A stretch of 64,000 nt of DNA. Origin: an uncultured Acidobacteriota bacterium (GTDB taxonomy: Bacteria; Acidobacteriota; Polarisedimenticolia; Polarisedimenticolales; JAIQFR01). The stretch covers positions 1,702-65,701 of the forward strand of contig CALMJU010000045.1 in assembly GCA_937864465.1 (NCBI GenBank). The letters run 5' to 3'. The position numbers and the translations under genes are program-made. Positions 13,297 through 27,569 of the stretch are shown here, piece after piece (the first letter of the stretch is position 1; the number at the start of each line of letters is the position of its first letter). Under the pieces are notes generated by a model. That model was given only the letters and a program-made list of their open reading frames with translations. It was not told the origin of the DNA and did not search any database.

Positions 13297-14378
13297 CCCT
13301 GGGCGAGATCCCGGGCCAGGCCGTCGCGACGGGCCTCCTGATCCGCGCCCTCGCCGCCGGCCGGCTCCCTCACGCGCTCCTGTTCCAGGGGGCGGAGGGA
13401 ACGGGAAAGGCGGACGCCGCCCTAGCGCTCGCCGCGGCGATCCAGTGCGAGGCGGGAGGGCCGGACGCCTGCGGCGCGTGCGGACCGTGCCTCAAGGTCC
13501 GAAAGAACCTCCATCCGGACGTGCTCCGGGTCACGAGGCTTCCGAAGCGGGAGACCGCCGCCCCGGCCGGCGAGCCCGAGGAAGACGAGGCAGAGGAGGA
13601 CGCGGACGGCAAGGATCTCCGGCGCGTGATCACCGTGGACCAGATCCGGGAGATGGCCGAGCACGCGTCGTTCGCGCCGCGGGAAGGAAGGGCCCGCGTG
13701 TTCGTGATCGACCCCGCGGACCGGATGAACGTCGCGGCGCAGAACGCCCTGCTGAAGACGCTCGAGGAGCCCCCAGGCGGGGCGACGATCGTCCTCGTGT
13801 CGTCGCGACCCCACGCCCTCCTCCCCACCGTGCGATCCCGCTGTCTCGCCGTGCGGTTCCGCACGATGACCTCGTCGGACCTCGCGAGCCTCCTCGTCGC
13901 CCGGGGGATGGGGCCCGAGGAGGCCCGGGAGCGCGCCGCGCTCGCGGAAGGCCGTCCCCGGATCGCGCTCGCGCTCGACCGCGACGCGCAGGATGCGCGC
14001 CGCGCCCGCCGCGAGGAGATTCTCCTGGCGATCGAGGCGGCCGCCTCGGGGCGGCCGGAGGACCTGGCCCGCCTCCCGTCCCTAGCCGCCTCCTGCGCCG
14101 GGGAGAGCGAGGAGTCGTTCCTCGAGGCCCTCGATCTCGCCGGGGCGCTCCTGCGCGACGCGTCGAGGCTCGCCGTCGGCTCCCCCGTCTCCGCGCTGGT
14201 CCACGCGGACCTCGCGGGGAGGATCGGGGCGCTCGGAGAGCGGCTCGGCCGCTCGAGGGCGGCGGATCTCGTCCGCTGCGTCGAGAGGATGCGGGACGAT
14301 CTCGGCCTCAACCTGAGCCGGAGCCTCCTCGCGGAGGCCCTCCTCGCGTCCGTGGCCGGGGCTCCCCTTCCGTTCTAG
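13293..14378 (+). CDS. holB: DNA polymerase III subunit delta prime
   Basis: ORF 13293..14378 with GTGA overlap. HALLFQGAEGTGK, zinc module CGACGPC, NALLKTLEEPP and SRC sensor motif. Confidence 0.85.
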   Translation: MTLGEIPGQAVATGLLIRALAAGRLPHALLFQGAEGTGKADAALALAAAIQCEAGGPDACGACGPCLKVRKNLHPDVLRVTRLPKRETAAPAGEPEEDEAEEDADGKDLRRVITVDQIREMAEHASFAPREGRARVFVIDPADRMNVAAQNALLKTLEEPPGGATIVLVSSRPHALLPTVRSRCLAVRFRTMTSSDLASLLVARGMGPEEARERAALAEGRPRIALALDRDAQDARRARREEILLAIEAAASGRPEDLARLPSLAASCAGESEESFLEALDLAGALLRDASRLAVGSPVSALVHADLAGRIGALGERLGRSRAADLVRCVERMRDDLGLNLSRSLLAEALLASVAGAPLPF

Positions 14379-15793
14379 CCCGCGAGCCCCTCCCGCTGCA
14401 TCGTCGCGACCGTCTCCACGTGGGCCGTCTGGGGAAAGAGGTCCACCGGCACCGCGCACCCCAGGGCGTACCCGGCGCCGGCAAGGGCGCGCGCGTCCCG
14501 GGCGAGCGTGGCCGGGTCGCAGGACACGAGCGCGACGCGGGAGGCGCCGAGCGCGCCGATGCGGCGGGCGACCTCCGCGCCGAGCCCCGACCGCGGCGGG
14601 TCGACGACGACGAGATCCGGCGGCCCGCGCCGCGCGGGAGCGCTCGCCAGGTGGTCGCCCACGCCCGCGGCGACGAACTCGACGGCCCGGTCGAGCCCGA
14701 GCGCCGCCGCGGCGAGGCGGCCGCCCCCGACGGCCTCCCCGTTCGCCTCGACGGCGGTCACGCGCCAGCCCGAGCGGGCCAGAGCCAGGGCGAAGACGCC
14801 GACTCCCGCGTAGAGATCGAGGGCCTCCCCGCCGCTCTCGCCGGCGGCCTCGAGGACGAGCCGGACGAGATGCTCGGCGGCCGCGGGGTTGACCTGGAAG
14901 AACGAGTCGGCCGGGACACGGAAGGCCAGCCCGCCGAGCGTCTCCTCGATCCATCCCTCCCCCGCCAGCACCGTGGCGCCCGCGCCCCCTCGGCGGCCGG
15001 GAGGTCCCGAGACCCTCACGACTCCCGCGACGTCGGCGTGCCGCTCGGCCACGGCCCGCGCGAAGCCGGGCGCCGACGGGAAGGGTCCCCCGGCGTCGCG
15101 AAGGACGACGAGGCTCCGCAGCGCCGACGCCGAGCGCCGCAGGATGAGCCGCACGGCGCCGTGCTCCCCCTCGAGCGCGGCATCGCCGCGCCCGGGCCCG
15201 TCCAGGAAGTACTCCCTCGCCGTGGCGAGAAGCGCGTTCGCGGCGTCGTCGGCGAGAATGCACCGCTCGACGTCGACGAGGCCGCCGGGCTCTCCTCTCG
15301 CGTGGTAGCCGAGAGCCCGCCTCCCGCCCGATCTCCCGAAGACCACCTCGATCCGGTTCCGGTACCCGGTCGCCGGCCCTCCGGAGAGCGCCTCGGAGAC
15401 CTCGGGCTCGCGGAACCCTCCGATCCTCCGGAGGCAATCGGACACGATCCTCCGCTTCCAGCCCCTCTGGGCGTCCTCCCGGAGCGGCATCCAGGGGCAG
15501 CCGCCGCACTTCCCCTGGATCGGACAGGCGGGGTCCCTGCGGTCCTTCGAAGGCGCTTCGATCCGCGACGCGACCCCCTCGACATAGGCCCGGCGCTCCT
15601 TGCGAGGCGCCGCGATCACGGTGTCCCCGGCAAGCCCCCCCTCCACCAGCCAGACCTTCCCCCCGACGCGCCCGACCCCACGGCCTCCGGCCGCCATCGA
15701 CTCGATGACGACCCGCCGGACCTGCGGCCCGGATGACCCGGCCGGCGCGCCGACCCCTAGATGCTGGGGACCCCGGGAGCGCTCCTTCCACAT
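14375..15793 (-). CDS. rlmD: 23S rRNA (uracil-C5)-methyltransferase, RumA/RlmD family (TRAM + 4Fe-4S + SAM MTase)
   Basis: ORF 14375..15814. I prefer ATG at 15793, preceded by AGAGGAAA. Cys cluster CPIQGKCGGCPW, FFQVN, DLYAGVG, VDPPRSG. Its stop overlaps the holB stop on the opposite strand (CTAG). Confidence 0.85.
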   Translation of the reverse strand: MWKERSRGPQHLGVGAPAGSSGPQVRRVVIESMAAGGRGVGRVGGKVWLVEGGLAGDTVIAAPRKERRAYVEGVASRIEAPSKDRRDPACPIQGKCGGCPWMPLREDAQRGWKRRIVSDCLRRIGGFREPEVSEALSGGPATGYRNRIEVVFGRSGGRRALGYHARGEPGGLVDVERCILADDAANALLATAREYFLDGPGRGDAALEGEHGAVRLILRRSASALRSLVVLRDAGGPFPSAPGFARAVAERHADVAGVVRVSGPPGRRGGAGATVLAGEGWIEETLGGLAFRVPADSFFQVNPAAAEHLVRLVLEAAGESGGEALDLYAGVGVFALALARSGWRVTAVEANGEAVGGGRLAAAALGLDRAVEFVAAGVGDHLASAPARRGPPDLVVVDPPRSGLGAEVARRIGALGASRVALVSCDPATLARDARALAGAGYALGCAVPVDLFPQTAHVETVATMQREGLAG

Positions 15794-15807
15794 CTTGTAT
15801 TTTCCTC

Positions 15808-15837
15808 TTGACACTGTTTCCCGCGAGGGGGTATGGT
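15808..15837 (+). promoter_or_regulatory. near-consensus sigma70-like promoter pointing into the gene-free region
   Basis: TTGACA (15808..15813), an 18-nt spacer, then TATGGT (15832..15837). Confidence 0.4.
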
Positions 15838-15917
15838 CGAAACGGTGGATCGCGGGTTGGACCCGCCGGGGCCTCGAACGAGCGGACGCCTCGGCAACCT
15901 CGGGAGCGGGAATCGAT

Positions 15918-16128
15918 GCTTCGGACGCTGCTCACTCTCCCCGGAGGACAGCAACCCATATCCGATGCTTTCGAGAGCGGCCCTCGCGGCCGTCTCTCCC
16001 CGCCTGTAGCCTCGCTCGCGACCGGCCCCTCGGGGCAGGCGCGATCGAGGTCCTCGCCAACCCACCGCTGGAGTCTCGACCCGTGCCTTGGGAGCTATTG
16101 TCCGGGGAGAGCGAGCAGCGTCTGAGGC
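15918..16128. repeat. long inverted repeat (22-nt core with one mismatch, 28 positions with wobbles) enclosing about 155 nt
   Basis: GACGCTGCTCACTCTCCCCGGA (15924..15945) versus TCCGGGGAGAGCGAGCAGCGTC (16101..16122). Flanks pair only through G-U-type positions. Confidence 0.8.
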
Positions 16129-16268
16129 CGTTCCCGCATCGCGCGAGCCGGCGGGCGGCCCTTCACGATCCCTTCCCCTCGGCCGGGTTTCGCCGTACAT
16201 AACTCCTCGTTCCCATCCGACCTCATGGGGGCGGGGGTCTCCCGCGGCCGTTGCGGCCGGGGGGGGCC

Positions 16269-16298
16269 GGCGCAGGGGAGATACCCCGCCGTCTTTTT
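16269..16298 (+). terminator. intrinsic-terminator-like element
   Basis: Imperfect GC hairpin (core GGGG-AGATA-CCCC at 16275..16287 with flanking GC pairs), followed directly by TTTTT (16294..16298). Confidence 0.35.
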
Positions 16299-16353
16299 CC
16301 CCCCGACCGTCCGAGCGAAGGCGTCTCGTCCCTCCGCGGGCCGGAGCCGCGGC

Positions 16354-16383
16354 TTGACCCCGCTCGACGCCGCACACTATCTT
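16354..16383 (+). promoter_or_regulatory. promoter candidate for nnr-tsaE
   Basis: TTGACC (16354..16359), an 18-nt spacer, then TATCTT (16378..16383), about 45 nt upstream of the nnr ATG. A mirror-image TTGCGC-N18-TAGTGT exists on the minus strand (16403..16374). Confidence 0.3.
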
Positions 16384-16427
16384 CCGAGGCGGGCCGCGCG
16401 CAAGCGCAGCGCGCGCGGGGGTGGCGG

Positions 16428-18007
<1,580 letters not shown>

Positions 18008-18014
<7 letters not shown>

Positions 18015-18544
18015 TCCCCCGCCGGTCGCGGTCGGGAGCCGCGCAGCGCTCCGCGGCGGCGCCCTCCGCTCCCGCCGGCCCGGTCGCGCCGCGCGCGACC
18101 TTCTCGCTGAGCGAGGAGGAGACGTTCGAGCTCGGGCGGGCGTTCGGCCGCGGGATCCGGGGCGGGGAGATCGTCCTCCTCCAGGGAGACCTGGGCCTCG
18201 GCAAGACGGTGTTCGCGCGCGGCGTCGCCGCCGCCCTCGGCATCGCGCCCGAGGACGTGTCGTCTCCTTCGTTCACGCTGGTGCAGGAGTACACGGGGGG
18301 CCGGATCCCGATGTTCCACGTCGACCTCTACCGGATCGACGCCGCGGAGGAGATCGGGACGCTGGGGCTCGAGGAGATCGTGTCGGCCGGGGCCGTCGTC
18401 GTGGTCGAGTGGGGCGAGAAGCTCCCCCCCTATCTCCGCCGCGACGCGGTCACCGTGCGGTTCCACGACGTCGGCGAGGGCTCGCGGCGCATCGAGATCC
18501 TCCCTACGTCCGGAGCGCCCTCGCGAGCCTCCGGCGACGCGTAG
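18008..18544 (+). CDS. tsaE: tRNA t6A37 threonylcarbamoyladenosine biosynthesis protein TsaE
   Basis: ATG at 18008 (7-nt overlap with nnr) inside ORF 16421..18544. LQGDLGLGKTVFARG P-loop, SPSFTLVQEY, HVDLYR, VVVEW. Confidence 0.85.
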
Positions 18545-18568
18545 CGCCGACGCCGCGGCGGCTCCCGG

Positions 18569-21155
<2,587 letters not shown>

Positions 21156-21175
21156 GTCCCGGTCCCTCCGGCCCG

Positions 21176-21676
21176 TCAGGCGACGGGCGCGTCGAAGATC
21201 TCCTTTCGGCGGGCCACCCGCTCGTCGAGCTCCGCCGCGCGGCGCTCGATCTCGGCGAGAACCTTCCCGTCGGGGCCGGCGGCAACCGCGGACCGCACGG
21301 CGTCCGCCACCCCGTGCACCTCCCCGAGCAGCGCCTCGTCGTACGCGTAGAGCCGCTCGAGCTCCGGCTCCCCGATCTTGACCGAGTCGAAGAACCCGGA
21401 GTACCCCGCCTCGGCGTACCGGAGCGCGGCCGTCGTCTTCTGGAGGACGCGGTCGAGCCGGCCGACCGCGTCGAGCGGCCCGAGCTCGCCCCGGGCGACG
21501 CAGGCGCGCCGGATCTCGTCCAGGGGGCGCCGGCCCTCGTCGAGCCTCCTCGCCAGATACTCCCGGAGCCTCCGGTCGGTCTCGCGCCGCGACTCGCGGT
21601 CGCGATACCCCCGCACCCCGGGGAGGCACTCGGCGAGCCGCTCGAGGAATCGCTTCTCGGAAACGGGCATCGGCAT
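21176..21676 (-). CDS. hypothetical alpha-helical protein, co-oriented 20 nt upstream of the SPFH gene
   Basis: ORF 21176..21676. ATG preceded by GGGAGGA. Charged, helical-looking sequence with coding-like GC-rich third positions. No family recognised. Confidence 0.6.
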   Translation of the reverse strand: MPMPVSEKRFLERLAECLPGVRGYRDRESRRETDRRLREYLARRLDEGRRPLDEIRRACVARGELGPLDAVGRLDRVLQKTTAALRYAEAGYSGFFDSVKIGEPELERLYAYDEALLGEVHGVADAVRSAVAAGPDGKVLAEIERRAAELDERVARRKEIFDAPVA

Positions 21677-21791
21677 GCGAGCATCCTCCCGCGCGGCGAG
21701 CGCGCCGCGTGCACGGCCCCGCGCCCCGCCCGGGAACGGGGACCGCTCGGGAGAATCTAGGTCCGGGGGCGCTCCGCGCCAGTCGGGAAGG

Positions 21792-24527
<2,736 letters not shown>

Positions 24528-24589
24528 CCGGAAGTTCCCGCGGGGCGCCGCTCGGGAGCCAAGTGGCGCCCGGGCCCCGGCACGAACGT

Positions 24590-25243
24590 TCAGTATAGCA
24601 GCGGGGACGGAGGGACCGACGCGCCCGCCCCGATCGGGCCTCCGTTCCCGTCCAGGCCGGGAGGGGGCGGGGCGGCGCGGTGGACCCGGCGGAAGAGAAT
24701 CCGGTCGGCGATCCGGAGCAGCGCGCGATCGGCGGCGGCCGCGATGCGCCTCCCGGGAGAGCGGGCGCCGAGACGGGCGAGAGCCCGGTCGACCGTGCGG
24801 GACGCCAGGACCGCGAGGGCGGCCCAGGCGAGGTCGTGCCCGGCCACCGCGATCGCGTAGACTCTCGCGAGCCGGCCGTCGAGACGCCTCCACCTTCCGT
24901 CGCGGCGAACCGCGACGGCGCGCCCGACGACGCTCTCCGGCGCCACCGGGGGATCGAGCGCGATGGACCCGTCCCCCCGCGTCCTGAGGCACGGGCGCCC
25001 GTCCGGGAACCGCGCCCGGCCGAGATGGCGGTGCACGGTCAGGTAGTCGGCCTGGCGGTAGACGACGAGGTCCCCGCGCCGCGGCCGCTCCCCCGCGAAC
25101 TCCACGGCGAGCAGGTCTCCCGAGCCGAGGGTCGGCCGCATGCTGTCCCCCAGCACGCGCACCGCGCCGAGCCGCTCCGCCCGCCCCAGCATCGAGACCG
25201 CGGCGTCGAGAAGATCCGGCGAAAGGCCTTCGCGGGATGTCAT
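24590..25243 (-). CDS. S24/S26-family serine peptidase-like protein
   Basis: ORF 24590..25243. GDSMRPTL motif and the beta-rich core of LexA/signal-peptidase-type S24. No recognisable DNA-binding domain. Hydrophobic stretch [18 protein letters not shown]. Lies 62 nt upstream of secA. Confidence 0.65.
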   Translation of the reverse strand: MTSREGLSPDLLDAAVSMLGRAERLGAVRVLGDSMRPTLGSGDLLAVEFAGERPRRGDLVVYRQADYLTVHRHLGRARFPDGRPCLRTRGDGSIALDPPVAPESVVGRAVAVRRDGRWRRLDGRLARVYAIAVAGHDLAWAALAVLASRTVDRALARLGARSPGRRIAAAADRALLRIADRILFRRVHRAAPPPPGLDGNGGPIGAGASVPPSPLLY

Positions 25244-25265
25244 CGGCGGGTCCGGAAATGCCGCT

Positions 25266-25310
25266 CCCCTCCGGGCCTTCGGGGGGGTAGAACCATCAGG
25301 CCCGGAGGGG
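25266..25310. repeat. perfect 12-bp inverted repeat (hairpin) with 21-nt loop
   Basis: CCCCTCCGGGCC (25266..25277) and GGCCCGGAGGGG (25299..25310), 23 nt upstream of the S24 peptidase start codon. Confidence 0.7.
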
Positions 25311-25437
25311 CAACGACATCGACCAGGAGGAGGTCAAGTCTTCGCTCCCGATCCAGAGCAAGCGTGATGCCAGCCGCCTCCAAGCAAAAACCTCCGTCTT
25401 TCCTTCCTGTTCCGCCCCCCGGGCATCCGGCACTCCG

Positions 25438-25482
25438 GCGCCACGCTGGCGCGCGAGGCCTCCCGGCGCGCCAACGTGGCGC
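25438..25482. promoter_or_regulatory. twin palindromes GCGCCA-N3-TGGCGC, candidate operator pair
   Basis: GCGCCACGCTGGCGC (25438..25452) and GCGCCAACGTGGCGC (25468..25482). Centres are 30 bp apart, about 100-130 nt upstream of the GAF-PP2C gene. Confidence 0.4.
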
Positions 25483-25575
25483 GCGCCGGTTGCGCCCGGA
25501 AGGTGCAATCTACCATGGTGGTCCGCGGCGCGTGCGGTCTGCTACCGTGGGAGGCCACCCGGCGGCGGAGGGACG

Positions 25576-26766
25576 GTGTACTACAAGAACCTCTTCCGGA
25601 AGCTCGAGAAGCACCTCGCGTCGATCGAGCACTCCGACGACATGGTCGAAACGCTCACGGCGATCCTCGCGCGCCTCGTCGCGGACTTCGCGGACGACCT
25701 CGGGATCGTGGGCGGGAGGATTTACCTGCGCGACGGCGCCGACTACGTGCTCCAGAACGAATATCCGGCCGGCAAGGCCCCGATCGGCTTCCGCATCCCC
25801 GCCTCGTACGCCCCGATGGCCGAGGCCGTCGCCCGGGGGTTCGTTTTCAAGGAGGCGCGGGACCCGGAGATCGACCCCAGGATCGAGCACGCGATCGGCG
25901 TGGACCTGTTCGCCGCGATCAGCGTCGGGGAGCGGAGCCACCAGATCGTCGCTCTCAGCCTCAAGAGCCCGTCCGAGTCCGAGCACGTCAAGTACGTGCT
26001 CAGCACGATCCGGCACGTGATCAATCTCAAGATGCGGCAGGAGCACCTCGAGGGGCGCGTCGAGGAGGTCCGGGAGATCCAGTTGTCCCTCCTGCCGAAG
26101 ATCCCCCCCGCGTTCCCTCCCTTCGACCTCTGGGCCGAGAGCGTTCCCGCGGAAGAGGTGGGCGGCGACCTCTACGATTTCATCCCGATTTCGCCGCGGC
26201 GCGTCGGGATCGCGGTCGCCGACGCCTCGGGCCACGGGCTCCCCGCGGCGCTGCAGGCCCGCGACGCGATCATCGGCCTGCGCATGGGGGTCCAGGAACA
26301 GCTCCGGATTACGGCCACCGTCGAGAAGCTGAACCGGGTGGTGGGCGCGTCCGCACTGGCCTCGAGGTTCATCTCCCTGTTCTACGGCGAGCTCGAGCCG
26401 AACGGCCTGCTCGTCTACACGAACGCCGGCCATCCTCGCCCCATCGTCTTCCGGGACGGATCGGCGCTCGAGCTCGACCGCGGGGGCGCGGTCCTGGGAC
26501 CGAACCCCGAGGCCACGTACGATCGCGGCTACGTGGACATCCTGCCGGGCGCGGCCCTCCTCGCCTACACCGACGGGATCGTCGAGGCCGAGAACCCCAG
26601 GGGCGAGGCGTTCGGCAAGGACCGCCTTCTCGAGGTGCTGCGGGAGCGGGGAGAGTCCGGGGCGCGCGAGCTGGTCGAGGAGGTGTTCCGTCGCGTCCGG
26701 AGCTTCTCGATCGCCGACCCGCCTCGGGACGATCAGACCGTCGTCGCCGTCGTGCGGCGGCGGTGA
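25576..26766 (+). CDS. GAF-domain-containing PP2C/SpoIIE-family protein phosphatase (RsbU-like)
   Basis: ORF 25576..26766 (GTG start). N-terminal GAF-like region. C-terminal EVGGDLYDF, VADASGHGLPAAL, YTDGIVEA and DDQTVV motifs of the SpoIIE/PP2C family. Confidence 0.85.
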   Translation: MYYKNLFRKLEKHLASIEHSDDMVETLTAILARLVADFADDLGIVGGRIYLRDGADYVLQNEYPAGKAPIGFRIPASYAPMAEAVARGFVFKEARDPEIDPRIEHAIGVDLFAAISVGERSHQIVALSLKSPSESEHVKYVLSTIRHVINLKMRQEHLEGRVEEVREIQLSLLPKIPPAFPPFDLWAESVPAEEVGGDLYDFIPISPRRVGIAVADASGHGLPAALQARDAIIGLRMGVQEQLRITATVEKLNRVVGASALASRFISLFYGELEPNGLLVYTNAGHPRPIVFRDGSALELDRGGAVLGPNPEATYDRGYVDILPGAALLAYTDGIVEAENPRGEAFGKDRLLEVLRERGESGARELVEEVFRRVRSFSIADPPRDDQTVVAVVRRR

Positions 26767-26782
26767 GGGCGCCCGTTCCCCT

Positions 26783-27505
26783 TCACTCCAGGAACCACAG
26801 GACCGTCCCCAGGAGCGCGATGAGCAGCCCGCTCGCGACCTCCATCGCGCGCGCTCCGACCGGCGGCGCGAGCCGGCGCGCCCCGACCGCGGAAGCCGCG
26901 ACCGACAGCCCCACCATCATCGCGATGGTCGTCACGCAGTACGCCGCCGACACGGCCACGACGGCGCGCACCCCCCGCCCCGCCGCGGCGAGCAGGATCG
27001 GCAGGACGAGCGCGCAGGGGTTCAGGCCGACGATGATCGCGAGGAACACCGCGCCCCGCTCCGCGCGCCCCTCGATGAGCGCGCGGTCCGCGTGGTAGTG
27101 GAGGTGGGCCGGACCGGAATCCCCCTCGAGGCCGTCGCACGCCGGCCCCTCCTCCCGCCGGTGGAAGATCGCCCCGCCGGGGTGGAAGTGCCCGCCCTTG
27201 CGCCAGGCCCACGCGGCGTACAGCAGCCCGAAGAGGACCAGCAGGACCCCGCTCGCCCGCTCGAGCGTCTCCCCGAGAGCCCCCATCGTCTCCTGGCCGA
27301 CCCGCACCGCCGCGAGGCCGAGCGCCACGGAGAGCGAGGTGTGGAGGAGCGCCGAGAACCCCGACACGGCGGCGGTGAGGCGGACCGGCCACCCGCGCGC
27401 CCTCGCCACGAGCACGAAGGGAAGCCAGTGATCGGGGATCAGCGTGTGGAACGCGGCGGTCGCCACGGCGGTCCCCACGAGAAGGTAGGAGGTCGTCCCG
27501 TCCAC
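26783..27505 (-). CDS. integral membrane protein with His-rich loop, metal-transporter-like (NicO/UreH-like; tentative)
   Basis: ORF 26783..27505 (GTG start). About 6 hydrophobic segments. HTLIPDHW motif in TM1. Central loop GGHFHPGGAIFH..HLHYH. Confidence 0.6.
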   Translation of the reverse strand: MDGTTSYLLVGTAVATAAFHTLIPDHWLPFVLVARARGWPVRLTAAVSGFSALLHTSLSVALGLAAVRVGQETMGALGETLERASGVLLVLFGLLYAAWAWRKGGHFHPGGAIFHRREEGPACDGLEGDSGPAHLHYHADRALIEGRAERGAVFLAIIVGLNPCALVLPILLAAAGRGVRAVVAVSAAYCVTTIAMMVGLSVAASAVGARRLAPPVGARAMEVASGLLIALLGTVLWFLE

Positions 27506-27569
27506 GCTCTCTTCCGACCCCCGCGAGAGCCGTCCCGGCGCGGGACGGACTCGCGGCGCGGCGGGGATT

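Larger units (their letters stand above)
15838..16298. ncRNA. candidate large structured noncoding RNA or structured leader, class unknown, strand unresolved
   Basis: No coding-like frame. Long helix 15918..15945 / 16101..16128, extended by GCGGGAA/TTCCCGC (15906..15912 / 16131..16137). Internal hairpins, e.g. 15973..15998. Plus-strand promoter and terminator-like ends. See findings. Confidence 0.35.

Noticed and set aside
12803-15736. 977-aa plus-strand ORF across tmk/holB/rlmD
   Set aside because: An alternative or antisense frame with S/R/P/G-rich sequence and no motifs.
15916-16125. 69-codon ORF with SD (MLRTLLTLPGG...CLGSYCPGRASSV) as a small protein or RiPP precursor
   Set aside because: Third-position GC (about 72% by hand count) is not elevated as it is in genuine genes here. 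Its start and stop regions are the two arms of the long inverted repeat, which argues for RNA/DNA structure rather than coding.
15827-16290. tmRNA, RNase P RNA, SRP RNA or 6S RNA in the large intergenic region
   Set aside because: - I looked on both strands for GGAAAGUCCGG / ACAGAAnCCGGCUUA (RNase P), a GGUUCGAnUCC T-loop with an ..CCACCA end and an Ala-rich tag ORF (tmRNA), and GGAAGCAGC (SRP). None was found.
- A minus-strand GCGGG-UCCAA-CCCGC..GAUCCACC segment mimics a tRNA-like end. However, it has a 5-nt loop and no proper acceptor partner.
- The size does not fit 6S.
25477-25494. sigma-54 promoter (TGGCGC...TTGC) upstream of the GAF-PP2C gene
   Set aside because: The GG-to-GC spacing is two nt longer than the strict TGGCAC-N5-TTGC geometry.
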